Shown here piece by piece: positions 1-9,792 of a stretch of 64,000 nucleotides of DNA. The stretch's first letter is position 1; each line of letters begins with the position of its first letter. The notes under the pieces were generated by a model. It worked only from the letters and a program-made list of their open reading frames with translations. It did no database searches and was not told the DNA's origin. A program made the position numbers and the translations under genes. The DNA comes from a virus. Taxonomy: Duplodnaviria > Caudoviricetes. The stretch lies in IMG/VR virus record IMGVR_UViG_3300025011_000016. One strand, 5' to 3'.

Positions 1-429
1 ATAAATACTGAATTATGTAATATAAATACTCTTAAATATTATATGGATAATTTCTTAACATGGCGTAAAACTCATGATATTAAACCTATATTTGCTGAAA
101 AGCAAATAACTTCTTTAGACTTTGGGGGTACTATAGATCTATATTGTGAGTTTGATAATAAGAAAACAATAATTGATTATAAAACAAGTAAAAGTTTTTA
201 TTCATCAATGTTTCTTCAATTAGCAGGTTATACAATGCTTTTAGAGGAGAAAGGTTATATAGTAGAGCAAGTTGGTATTGTATTATTACATGAAACTGAT
301 TATAAAGAAAAGTTTATAAGTCGAGATGAGTTATCAATATATATAGAGAATTTTAAATTAGTAGTGAAGTTATTTCATTCCTGGTTTGATTTAAATGCAG
401 AAATATGGAAACGTAAACTATATGAGTAG
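1..429 (+). CDS. PD-(D/E)XK (RecB/Cas4-like) nuclease, 5'-truncated by window edge
   Basis: Frame is open from base 1. Motifs GGTIDL..IIDYKTS..QLAGY are typical of the RecB-family nuclease fold. Confidence 0.75.
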   Translation: MNTELCNINTLKYYMDNFLTWRKTHDIKPIFAEKQITSLDFGGTIDLYCEFDNKKTIIDYKTSKSFYSSMFLQLAGYTMLLEEKGYIVEQVGIVLLHETDYKEKFISRDELSIYIENFKLVVKLFHSWFDLNAEIWKRKLYE

Positions 430-1627
430 TGAGAAAGCCTATGTGATAATAAATCTCGCTGATGTGCATTTCGGATCTTTACCTGCAAAAGAATTATATG
501 ATCAGTTAAATAAAATTTTCTTAAAGAAGTTGGAAGAACTTCCCATAGTAGATGCCATAATAATTGATGGTGATTTATGTCATTTTAAGTTATCTATGAA
601 TTCACCTCATGCAAAGTATTTAGCACAATTTATTTCTAGAATGATAGAGATTGTAAATAAAAAGAATGTTAAAACTAAGAAGAAAACTAAAATCAGAGTA
701 GTTAAAGGTACTAAATCACATGATGAACTTGATCAGTTAGAAGTATTAGAAGTGTTTGCTAAAAACTCTAAATGTGATTTTAGAGTTATATCAACTGTTG
801 AAGAAGAATATCTTTTTGATGATTTATTAGTGTTATATATACCAGAAGAATATTTGGACAATAAAGATGAATACTATAAGGATTATTTTTCTACTAAGAA
901 TAAATATGATATGATTTTTGGTCATGGTTTAGTGGGAGAAGTAGCTTTTGCCGCTAGTAAACAAGAAGGTGAAACTACTTTAGCTAAAGCTCCTATATTT
1001 AAATCAGATCAATTATTATATATATGTCGCGGAATTGTGTTCTTTGGTCACATTCATAATTCGCAAGTTATTAAAGATAGAATATTCTATGTTGGTTCAT
1101 TTTCCAGATATGCTTTTGGTGAGGAGAATGAAAAAGGCTTTTACATAACAACATACTCACCATCTAATGGTAATTTCTTAAATGAATTTGTCGTTAATAC
1201 ATTAGCAAAGAGATTTGATACTGTAATAATAGATTATGGATCGAGTTTATTTAAGAATTCAGATAATCAACAAATTGAATACTTAACAAGTATAGTTAAT
1301 AATTTAGTTATTGATAATTTAAGATTGATTATTAATATACCAGAAGATTATCCTAATGCTTTATTACTTACTAATATGATACATGAAACCTTTAGTAAAC
1401 AAATGAATATTAAAATCATCATAAACAATAATGCTAAGATGAGACAAAAACGAGAAACTGACGAAAAGATTAATTTGTTATTAACTAGATATGGATTAAT
1501 ATTTGATAAATCCATATCACATGAAGAAAAAATATCTGAATTTATTAAGATCAAATATAATAAAGAAATTTCCGTAGAGAAGATTCGTATGTATCTTTAT
1601 GAGAAGATACTTAAGGAGGCTATATAG
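422..1627 (+). CDS. sbcD: SbcD/Mre11-like metallophosphoesterase nuclease
   Basis: Motifs ADVHFG, IDGDLCH, GTKSHD, GHG and FGHIH. ATG 422 is the likelier start than 395. Confidence 0.85.
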   Translation: MSSEKAYVIINLADVHFGSLPAKELYDQLNKIFLKKLEELPIVDAIIIDGDLCHFKLSMNSPHAKYLAQFISRMIEIVNKKNVKTKKKTKIRVVKGTKSHDELDQLEVLEVFAKNSKCDFRVISTVEEEYLFDDLLVLYIPEEYLDNKDEYYKDYFSTKNKYDMIFGHGLVGEVAFAASKQEGETTLAKAPIFKSDQLLYICRGIVFFGHIHNSQVIKDRIFYVGSFSRYAFGEENEKGFYITTYSPSNGNFLNEFVVNTLAKRFDTVIIDYGSSLFKNSDNQQIEYLTSIVNNLVIDNLRLIINIPEDYPNALLLTNMIHETFSKQMNIKIIINNNAKMRQKRETDEKINLLLTRYGLIFDKSISHEEKISEFIKIKYNKEISVEKIRMYLYEKILKEAI

Positions 1628-1629
1628 TT

Positions 1630-4600
1630 TTGGTTAATAAGAAATTTAAACTATCTATAAATGAGCAACCAAAAAAAATTGCCATCAAATTTGACATTTC
1701 GATTTTGAATTCTATGATCGGGTTTTTATTTAAACAATCAGTGCAAATTAATAGGAAAGCTCTTAATAATATGAAAAAATTATTTGATATTATTGATACA
1801 ACGATATATGAAGGTAATGATAAACTTGAAGCACGACTTAATTTTATAAAAACAGCTTTGGACGCTCGCATAACTAAACAATTCGAAAATGAAAGTATGA
1901 TTATAAATTTCTGTCGCGGTGATACTTATAATAAAGATACTGAAGAAATTATATCAGCAATCGGGGCCTATCGCAGAATAAACTACGAGGAGATAAAATT
2001 TATAAACAAAGCAATCCAAGATAGATTGAAATACTCTTATCTATTAGATATTAAAGATAGAATGTATAATGTTGTAGAGAAAATAGATTCTGGGGATTTT
2101 GAAAGCTTTCAGGATGTTAATGATGAATTAGTTGGACTATGTTCTCACCTATTGAATAAAACCAGAAAAACAAGTGTTCTTGATGATGTGACAACTTTTA
2201 GTTTAGATTCAGAATCATTTGAAACATCGATTACAGATATAGTCAATGCTCTCAGAGATCCATCAAAAAAATATAGGTGGCATTGTAGAGTAATTTACAA
2301 TGATAAACTTCTTTAATTGCGGGAAATCTCTTAGAGCTTCTTAATTGAAGATTGAGTAATCTGCATCCAATATTGTTAATACAACAATAAGGTTCAACGA
2401 CTAGAGTGTAAACTCGTAGATATATGAAATATATCGAAATGGGAAGCATCCTTGATGAAAAAGGTTGATGATATAGTCTTGTATCTTAATGTAAATTAAG
2501 GAAGTTCATAAGAGAACTGTATAGGAGTACATACCTATATGAAAAAACGCACGTATTTTGAAAACAGGCTTGAAAATGCTGAACCAGATACTGGCCCCTG
2601 GCTTTATATCTAAACGATTGTATATGTTTTTAGGCTTACCAGCTTATAAATAAGGTTGGCTCATTGGTAACAATGTGATATAAACTTCTTTAATTGCGGG
2701 GAACTTCTCATAGCTTTATACTAATAAAGATTGGACAATCCGCATCCAATATTCTTATAATAAGAATAAGGTTCAACGACTAGAGTGTAAACTCGTAGAT
2801 ATCGATAATATTGAAATGGGAAGCTCTCTTATTATATAAGAGATGAAGAGATAGTCTGGTATCCTATATTAATATAGGGAAGTTCATTTGAGAACTGTAT
2901 AGATTAATTATCTATATGAACATATCGGGTTTTAAATCAGGTATATTATTGAAAACTGCTAGAGATATAAAAAAGTATAATAAAGGAATTAAACCTAAAA
3001 AAGCAGGTAAAAAACCATGTGTATTATTACTAACACTTGAAAACTCAATTAGTGAATCCGTAGAGAGATTATTTAACATGGTTAGTACTTCTGAGGATAT
3101 TAGGAATTTTACTCCTAAGCAAGTTATTAAGAAATTAAAAGAAGATGGTGAATTAGTATTAACTGATGATGACGATATTGATATTATTATTAAATATTAT
3201 CCAAATAGAAGTATTGATACCTCTGATATATATACTATAGTTGAAGAATTAGCTGATGATGACAAAGAGGTAATAGCTTTAATTTTAGACTATATTAAAA
3301 GAATACGACCTGCTGAAAAAGCTAGTGACGAAAAAGAAGAATTAAAGAATATTACCAATGAATTGAAGAATCTAGCTACAGAATTAGATATACCAGTTAT
3401 TTCAGCCCATCAATATAGGGTGGCTTTATAGAGTGATTTATAAAGAGAACTTTTTTAATTGCAGGAAACTCCTTAGGACTTTATATAATAAAGATTGGAC
3501 AATCTGCATCCAATATTGTTAATACGACAATAAGGTTCAACGACTAGAGTGTGAACTCGTAGATATATAAGTTAATGATATATCGAAATTGAAAGCATCT
3601 AATAAGATGGTGATATAGTCTTGTATCCTATAGAAATATAGGGAAGTTCTTAAGAACTGCATTATATTACGAATAATGTGAAAATCGCAAATGAATAGAG
3701 CTGGAGCAAGTTCAGTTGATGCCGCATTACAAGCTAATAAAGAAGACTTGGCTAAATTTGTAGGTAGAGCCAATGTTGGAAGTGCCTATATTTCATGGGC
3801 CGCATGATGGTAATGTCATGTTGATACTTTTTTAATTGCAGGAAACTCCTTAGGACTTTATATAATAAAGATTGGACAATCTGCATCCAAGATTCTTACA
3901 TAAGAATAAGGTTCAACGACTAGAGTGTGAACTCGTAGATACTTTATGTATCGAAATGGAAAGCAACCTAATTTATAGGTTGAAGAGATAGTCTGGAATC
4001 CTAATGAGAATTAGGGATGTTTGAATAGAACTGGATTATATTACAAGTAATCTGAACATTACGGGGAAGTTTGTATAGAAGCTTCAACATACAGTAATGT
4101 ATGTTTTAAATTTTCTTTAATTGTCGGGGATCTCCTTATAGCTTAAACTACTTTCAATATAGTAATAATGTTTAAGATTGGACAATCCGCATCCAAGTCT
4201 CCCAAAAGAGAAAGGTTCAACGACTAGAGTGTAAACTCGTAGATACATTACGTATCGAAATAAGAAACCCCTTTATATAAAAAATATAGAGGGTGAAGAT
4301 ATAGTCTTGTATCCTAATTAATAATAGGGAAGTTCATAAGAGAACTGTATAAGTTTATGACTTATATGAAAATAACGACTTGAAAACTCAGATTGGGTAT
4401 GTATCATAAACGTCGAGCGTAAGAAAGGAACCGATCAATATTACTTAACCTTTAAAAGAGTTAAGATTCGTTATAGAGATCCAAATGATTTAGGTTATTT
4501 CAATCATCCATTTGATATTCAAAATAGAATGAAGCTTATTGACGACATATATTTAGAAAAATCATTATCTGAAGAAAGTCTAATGAGTGATTTTGAAGGT

Positions 4601-4717
4601 ATTGACGAGAATGTAAATAAAAAAGGTAAACGTAATGCTGTTGAAAGAGACGTTATTGATGATGATGATAAAAATGATTTATTTGACTTCACTAGAGCTA
4701 TTAATAAAACTGCATAA
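1630..4717 (+). CDS. dnaB: DnaB-like replicative helicase, 6 exons / 5 group I introns (~552 aa spliced)
   Basis: Exons 1630-2263, 2550-2644, 2928-3410, 3688-3787, 4064-4070 and 4378-4717 join in frame (1659 nt). Splicing restores RDPS|RILKTG, Walker A GLPA|GFKS, ILDY, SAH|QMNR and GSA|WE|VLENSD. Confidence 0.9.
2264..2549 (+). ncRNA. Group I intron dnaB-I1 (ORF-less)
   Basis: P1 CCAT/GTGG with U-G pair. Core AATTGCGGGAAA, AATCTGCATCC, GTTCAACGACTA, GATATAGTC. Ends in G. Confidence 0.88.
2645..2927 (+). ncRNA. Group I intron dnaB-I2 (in Walker A)
   Basis: P1 CCAGCT/GGTTGG, full core motifs, terminal G before GGT TTT AAA TCA. Confidence 0.9.
3411..3687 (+). ncRNA. Group I intron dnaB-I3
   Basis: Core motifs present and bulged P1. 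Removal gives SAH|QMNR. Confidence 0.88.
3788..4063 (+). ncRNA. Group I intron dnaB-I4
   Basis: P1 GCCT/GGGC and core motifs. Followed by a 7-nt exon. Confidence 0.85.
4071..4377 (+). ncRNA. Group I intron dnaB-I5
   Basis: P1 GAAGT/GCTTC and core motifs. Frame is restored into the 4529..4717 ORF. Confidence 0.85.
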
Positions 4718-4758
4718 AAAAATAAAGAATACACTTAAATGTGTATTCTTTATTTTTT
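4714..4758. terminator. Palindromic bidirectional terminator between convergent genes
   Basis: AAAAAAATAAAGAATACAC-ttaaat-GTGTATTCTTTATTTTTT. Confidence 0.7.
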
Positions 4759-4767
4759 AAGGTTTTA

Positions 4768-5103
4768 TTATAAGTTCATATCAATCCGCTTGAAATTTAA
4801 TGTTAATCTATAACCTTCATTATAATGATCATCTGATTGTTCCAATATACCTAAAGTGACTAAATGTCTAATACCTCTTGAAACAGCGGATTTATGTATA
4901 TTGAGCAATCGACTTATTTTCACTTGGGTTATCTGTTTAAATTTTTTATCGTCTAAAGCAACTATTAGATAAATTAGTATTCGATACTCCGCTTTCGTTA
5001 AATCAACTTCCCCTTCAATAATAGTTTTACAAAAATTAATAATAAAATCATACCCATTATCACATTCCATCATAATAATAACCTCCGTTATTTTATACTG
5101 CAC
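4768..5103 (-). CDS. Winged-helix HTH DNA-binding protein (MarR/RepL-like)
   Basis: LTKAEYRILIYL..ITQVKISRLLNIHKSAVSRGIRHLVTLGIL has an HTH pattern. Confidence 0.7.
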   Translation of the reverse strand: MQYKITEVIIMMECDNGYDFIINFCKTIIEGEVDLTKAEYRILIYLIVALDDKKFKQITQVKISRLLNIHKSAVSRGIRHLVTLGILEQSDDHYNEGYRLTLNFKRIDMNL

Positions 5104-5155
5104 TAATGAGATTGGATAACTGGTAATATAATATTACCAGTTATCCAATATTTAA

Positions 5156-5548
5156 TTAGTCGTCTTCTCTTGGTGGATGTTTAATTTTAGATTTGGAACG
5201 ATCTTCTCTTGGGAATTTTAGACTTAGGCGAAACGTCCCTTTGTCCTCATCAATCAATCCACATACCCTTAACTTCTTTAGATTACGTAAGAAGGTTTTC
5301 TCTCTAATACCTAGCTCACGCATCATGGATGGTGGATGGATTACTCTGAAGGTTTGATGTGATAAGGTACGTAGAAAATAGATTAACATTCGATACTCAT
5401 TACGCCCCAGTGTTTCACCATCAACGATCATTTTAGAAAATGCTGTAAGATACTCCTCTCTTGTAAGTGATTTGGTGGCATCTGAATTGTCTGATAATTG
5501 TCTCAAAATCTCTTTTCTTCTTGCTGATTCAACTTGTCTTTGTGACAT
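5156..5548 (-). CDS. Winged-helix HTH protein, paralog of the adjacent gene
   Basis: LGRNEYRMLIYFL..SMMRELGIREKTFLRNLKKLRVCGLI. Has an RBS (GGAGGA) and an upstream TATATATTAT motif. Confidence 0.6.
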   Translation of the reverse strand: MSQRQVESARRKEILRQLSDNSDATKSLTREEYLTAFSKMIVDGETLGRNEYRMLIYFLRTLSHQTFRVIHPPSMMRELGIREKTFLRNLKKLRVCGLIDEDKGTFRLSLKFPREDRSKSKIKHPPREDD

Positions 5549-5680
5549 ATAAAATCATCCTCCCTTTAATATTATGTAGTATTCTTAGTAATAATATATA
5601 TTTATATATAGTAATAAATATTTTTCGTATTAACGTATTTAAACATAATGGTAAAGATATTATATAAGGAGGTTATTGAT

Positions 5681-7351
5681 ATGGCTAGAAAGATAAAAGT
5701 CCGACGAGGACTTGAAGCTAACATAAAACAACTTGATGAAGCCGAATTTGGATTTACTGTTAATACCAAAAAGACCTTTATAGGTTCTGATATTGGTAAT
5801 ATTGAATTGGCTAACCAGGGTAGTCTTGATGAGTATAAGGCTGATAATGCGAAATACTTTATTAATGCCTTACGTCCACCAGTACCTATAGTTGGAGTAC
5901 CTACAGATGGGAGCGACATTGGGCCTGCACTAACAAATATAATTAATTATGCCAATGGGATTAGAGTATTTTTACCGGAAGGTGACTATAATCTTTACAC
6001 TGAAATTGTCAGAAACAATACTTTAGCTGAAACGGAAAAAATTCCGTTAAAACTTTTCGGTGCAGGACTTGATAAGACTAGAATATTTAACTTTGTGGAA
6101 AATGGTAGTGCTATTAGAGCTGAAGCTAATATTGGTGCTGATGGTGTCGGATTTGGTGTATTCGCAAAGGGAGGGTATATTGAAGACCTTAGTATATTAG
6201 GGCAGATAGGTGTCGCTAATTCTAGCGGTTTAACAATATCTTCTAATTGGTTCTTTGATCTTAGAAAAGTATTGATATATGGTCACTCGGATTACGGTGT
6301 AAATGTTACGGGAGTTGTAGGCATAAACCCTGACTACGTAGCATCTTTAGGGCTTAATATTAAGTCATGTATCCTAACGAGTAATAGAATTAATCTCTAT
6401 TCAGATTTTTATAATGTAGTACCCATGTTATTGGTAGAACTATCTATGATTTCAACTGCAACGGAATATGGTGTGAAAATGGGACCATCAACACACATTA
6501 AGTTTTCGCAAAATAGTATATCTGGCAATACTTTGGGTGGGATATGGCTCTATGGTACAAGTTACAAGGGAAAGGGTATTGAAATTCTAAATAATGAATT
6601 TGATGATAATGGTAGTGGTATAGGAGACTTTAATATCCAACTTGAACGTGCAAGTATGCCCGATATTAAACACAATATGTTTATCCTTCGGACTCCGGGT
6701 GTCGATGGTGTTGTGTTAGGTACTGACACGGCTATAACTACAGAAAATGTTTGTTATTTTGCCGATGTAGACAAAAACACATTCAATGTAAATTATGACA
6801 TCACAACAGTCTCCGGTAATCCAGTTGGATTAAGGTGCAAAAATAGTGCTGACAATACCCGATATGGTAAAAGTTTTGTAAATTTATTAGGTGAAACTAG
6901 TGGTAAATTTATTCATGTTGCTGAAACATTGAAAACAGATGCCTCTAGGGGGTATATAAATACCGCTAATACACTTATAGAAAATGATTACAGAGATACT
7001 CCAGACAGGTATATAGTTGGACCATTCCGAAAAAAACGCTTCGAGGTAACAATAGCACAAGATTCCGTTTTCTCTTTTATTCCTGCTAAAGCCAATGGGA
7101 AGTTATACATTAGTAAGGATGGCTATGCCAACCAAACCGCTGATATAAGATATAGGTGTATTGTAGGAGCTGAGGTTTGTGCCCACAACGTTGTCATAGT
7201 CGGAACGATTGTTGATGTATCTATATTACCGTTGACGGGCACGACAGGAACGGTTAATCGCATGACTGTTAGTGCATCTGGTCATACAATAATGTTTGAA
7301 AATCGCCAAGGTGGGCCTGTGACTATCACGTTTGAGCAAGGTTCTGTTTAA
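5681..7351 (+). CDS. Tail fibre/spike with right-handed beta-helix (pectin-lyase-like) domain
   Basis: N-terminal ARKIKVRRG..EFGFTVNTKKTFIG tail-fibre anchor motif, then VFLPEGDY..LFGAG and parallel beta-helix-like N/G-rich repeats. RBS AAGGAGG precedes ATG 5681. Confidence 0.65.
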   Translation: MARKIKVRRGLEANIKQLDEAEFGFTVNTKKTFIGSDIGNIELANQGSLDEYKADNAKYFINALRPPVPIVGVPTDGSDIGPALTNIINYANGIRVFLPEGDYNLYTEIVRNNTLAETEKIPLKLFGAGLDKTRIFNFVENGSAIRAEANIGADGVGFGVFAKGGYIEDLSILGQIGVANSSGLTISSNWFFDLRKVLIYGHSDYGVNVTGVVGINPDYVASLGLNIKSCILTSNRINLYSDFYNVVPMLLVELSMISTATEYGVKMGPSTHIKFSQNSISGNTLGGIWLYGTSYKGKGIEILNNEFDDNGSGIGDFNIQLERASMPDIKHNMFILRTPGVDGVVLGTDTAITTENVCYFADVDKNTFNVNYDITTVSGNPVGLRCKNSADNTRYGKSFVNLLGETSGKFIHVAETLKTDASRGYINTANTLIENDYRDTPDRYIVGPFRKKRFEVTIAQDSVFSFIPAKANGKLYISKDGYANQTADIRYRCIVGAEVCAHNVVIVGTIVDVSILPLTGTTGTVNRMTVSASGHTIMFENRQGGPVTITFEQGSV

Positions 7352-7449
7352 GTCGTATTTGACGCATTATACGACATAAAAACGTATATTTAAATAATAT
7401 AATTAGAGATTTAAAATCTCTAATTATATTATTTTTTTTCAAAATTATA

Positions 7450-7896
7450 TCATAAACCATTCTCCTGTCTATTCTTTTTTAATTCATTTTTCTCTAAGAT
7501 TAATATTTCATTTAATAAATTAAAGACATCTGTAGTAAATAGTTTTAATTTCTTTAAATTGAATTGTGTTATGCTGGTTAAATTATTTATTCGTAATATA
7601 GATGACCATAATTCTGTAGTCCCATACATTTCAAAGCATAAAGCTTTCGGTTGATAAATATATTTAATGAATTCAGTTTCTGTTAAAGTAACGTCCATTA
7701 TTACAGATTGCAGATAATCAATATATTTATCAATTAAAGAGACATTATTTATAACAATAGTGGTTAAATCAGGTAATATTAAAGTTGATTTATAATGTAA
7801 CTTATCATGAGATATGTCTAACCTCTTATTATATGAAATAAGAGACTCTAAAGTATTACATTTGGTTATTTTATTAGCCATTATATTAGCCTCCAA
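7450..7896 (-). CDS. Baseplate wedge protein, T4 gp53/LysM-like
   Basis: YIYQPKALCFEMYGTTELWSSILRINNL matches the gp53-like pattern. Confidence 0.55.
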   Translation of the reverse strand: MEANIMANKITKCNTLESLISYNKRLDISHDKLHYKSTLILPDLTTIVINNVSLIDKYIDYLQSVIMDVTLTETEFIKYIYQPKALCFEMYGTTELWSSILRINNLTSITQFNLKKLKLFTTDVFNLLNEILILEKNELKKNRQENGL

Positions 7897-7908
7897 TTAT
7901 AATATTAA

Positions 7909-8499
7909 TTAAAGAGTATATTCCCCAGCTTTCTTATGTACCCCTAAGATTTTATCTGGTGTTATAGGAGTTCCATTTACCATAATACCCCAGTCTCCTT
8001 TAGATGATACTGTGCCACTTGATGAAGACGATCCGGTTGAATATCGTACAGTATCTCCAACATTTATCATTTCCAATATATCGTATGCTGGATTTCTAAT
8101 AAAAACAGGTTTACTATTATCAGCATATTGCTCATTGAATTCATCATCTATTAACCATATATTACGAATATTTTTATCAACTACTTTACACGCCAATCTA
8201 GTTCCTTTTAATATATTACTAGGGGTAAATCTAAACCAACAATTTTTAAATCGTTTTAATGTTACATAGTTTTGTACTATTATATCATTATTAGGGGTAG
8301 GTTTATTAGTTTTATCATTGATGAAAATATTGGTATCCACGACTTCTTTTAATCTTGATGGAATATTGGTATAATTAAAAAGTGGCATCAACTTAGGTAT
8401 AAATACTTTAAATATTGAACTGTTGTTAGGAGTATCCTCCATAATGAAACAATACTCTGTTGAATTTAATTCTAATTTCTCCAATGATTCAAATCCCAT
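7909..8499 (-). CDS. Hypothetical, probably virion/baseplate protein
   Basis: Clean ORF co-oriented with the gp53-like gene, with a late-type promoter motif upstream. Confidence 0.45.
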   Translation of the reverse strand: MGFESLEKLELNSTEYCFIMEDTPNNSSIFKVFIPKLMPLFNYTNIPSRLKEVVDTNIFINDKTNKPTPNNDIIVQNYVTLKRFKNCWFRFTPSNILKGTRLACKVVDKNIRNIWLIDDEFNEQYADNSKPVFIRNPAYDILEMINVGDTVRYSTGSSSSSGTVSSKGDWGIMVNGTPITPDKILGVHKKAGEYTL

Positions 8500-8584
8500 A
8501 AATTCACCTCATTTGTATCTTATATTAATATAATGTAGTTTAAAATAAAAAAATAAGTGATTGCTCACTTATTTCTTAAATGAA

Positions 8585-9460
8585 TTATTTAACCATTCTG
8601 TATTCAAGTTTAGTAATTAACTTAGTTGTCTTATCAACATTGGCTAAAATTTCTGTCGTTTTAGTATCATTGATAAATTTACAGTGAGTTTCATTCGTTA
8701 CGGCATTATCTATAGATTCATAAGGAGAACCGATATCCTTAGTTAGATCATCAAAAGGTGATCCAACCGTTATTCCGAAGATATCATACATACTTTTACC
8801 AGTTATCTTAACTGACTTAATGATACCTGTTGTACCATCAGTACAAAGTTCTAGATTACTAGAAATTAAATATAGATCATCAGACTCATTGGTAATGTAT
8901 TTACTTCTGATAGTTAAAGTGTCACCACTATTGATACGTTTCATAGTGGAATCCAGATAATTGGCAGCATTTAATGTCAACATATCATCCATAAGTGAAT
9001 GTGGTACAATTGACACTGTAGAAACTTTATCATTTTTAACTCCAGTTATCAACACAAGAAAACTAGATTTATCCCTTAAGTATATAGCCATAGTCCTATC
9101 ACCTTTTGGTATCAAACCATCGGGTGTGCCCAATCGTTTAACATTTTCATCGAACGATGAATCTAGAGTAACACCCGATAGTTTATATATGTCTGAAGTT
9201 TCTTTTGTGACTAGGTTATTGGCTAAGGTTATACTATTTACACCAGAATCCGAACCGATGAGCGAAACACCTGTATTATATTCATATTCAAATTGTTCTT
9301 TGTCATCACGTATAACTGTACTAGGCTTACCGACTTGCTTAACAACTTGTTGTTTATCGACAGCCATTAAATCAGATAAATCCCCTTTAGAAGTAGCACC
9401 ACAACCTGTTAACAGCATTAACATAATGGAACATAGAGTCATTAGAATGAATTTGCACAT
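8585..9460 (-). CDS. Lipoprotein with three internal repeat domains
   Basis: Signal peptide with lipobox LTGC. Repeated units ending GKP, GTP and GSP. Confidence 0.7.
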   Translation of the reverse strand: MCKFILMTLCSIMLMLLTGCGATSKGDLSDLMAVDKQQVVKQVGKPSTVIRDDKEQFEYEYNTGVSLIGSDSGVNSITLANNLVTKETSDIYKLSGVTLDSSFDENVKRLGTPDGLIPKGDRTMAIYLRDKSSFLVLITGVKNDKVSTVSIVPHSLMDDMLTLNAANYLDSTMKRINSGDTLTIRSKYITNESDDLYLISSNLELCTDGTTGIIKSVKITGKSMYDIFGITVGSPFDDLTKDIGSPYESIDNAVTNETHCKFINDTKTTEILANVDKTTKLITKLEYRMVK

Positions 9461-9498
9461 TTCTCTTTAACCTCTTTCTCTCTTTTAATTTATATGTT

Positions 9499-9663
9499 TT
9501 AGATAGTGGTACGTTGGGATACTTCAGTGAACTTGGAGAAACACAGTCGCATAGCATCTAGATTATCAGTAATAAGGGCTTTATTCATTTCAACTCGTAT
9601 TTCATCATACTTTCCTTTCCTTTCTTCAGCTTCCCTGTTTAACTTTTCAAGATACTCTTCCAT
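9499..9663 (-). CDS. Small hypothetical protein (54 aa, MEEYLEKLNREAEE...)
   Basis: Read manually. RBS AAGGAG, and a TATATATTAT motif at 9702-9711 (minus strand). Confidence 0.55.
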   Translation of the reverse strand: MEEYLEKLNREAEERKGKYDEIRVEMNKALITDNLDAMRLCFSKFTEVSQRTTI

Positions 9664-9792
9664 AAAATAACAACTCCTTAATTTAATTATTGCTTAATAT
9701 TATAATATATATTTGAAATTCACTATGTTACGTTTTTATTTATGTCAGTACATTTATATAAATGGATCTAGTGATAAAAAGGATTTGATGTT

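Noticed and set aside
1-429. Cas4 / CRISPR adaptation gene
   Set aside because: Generic PD-(D/E)XK motifs only, with no array or other cas genes in the window.
2264-4528. Stop-codon reassignment or pseudogenisation explaining the fragmented genes
   Set aside because: Removing the introns restores exact frames and motifs under the standard code, and uninterrupted genes are long and use normal stops.
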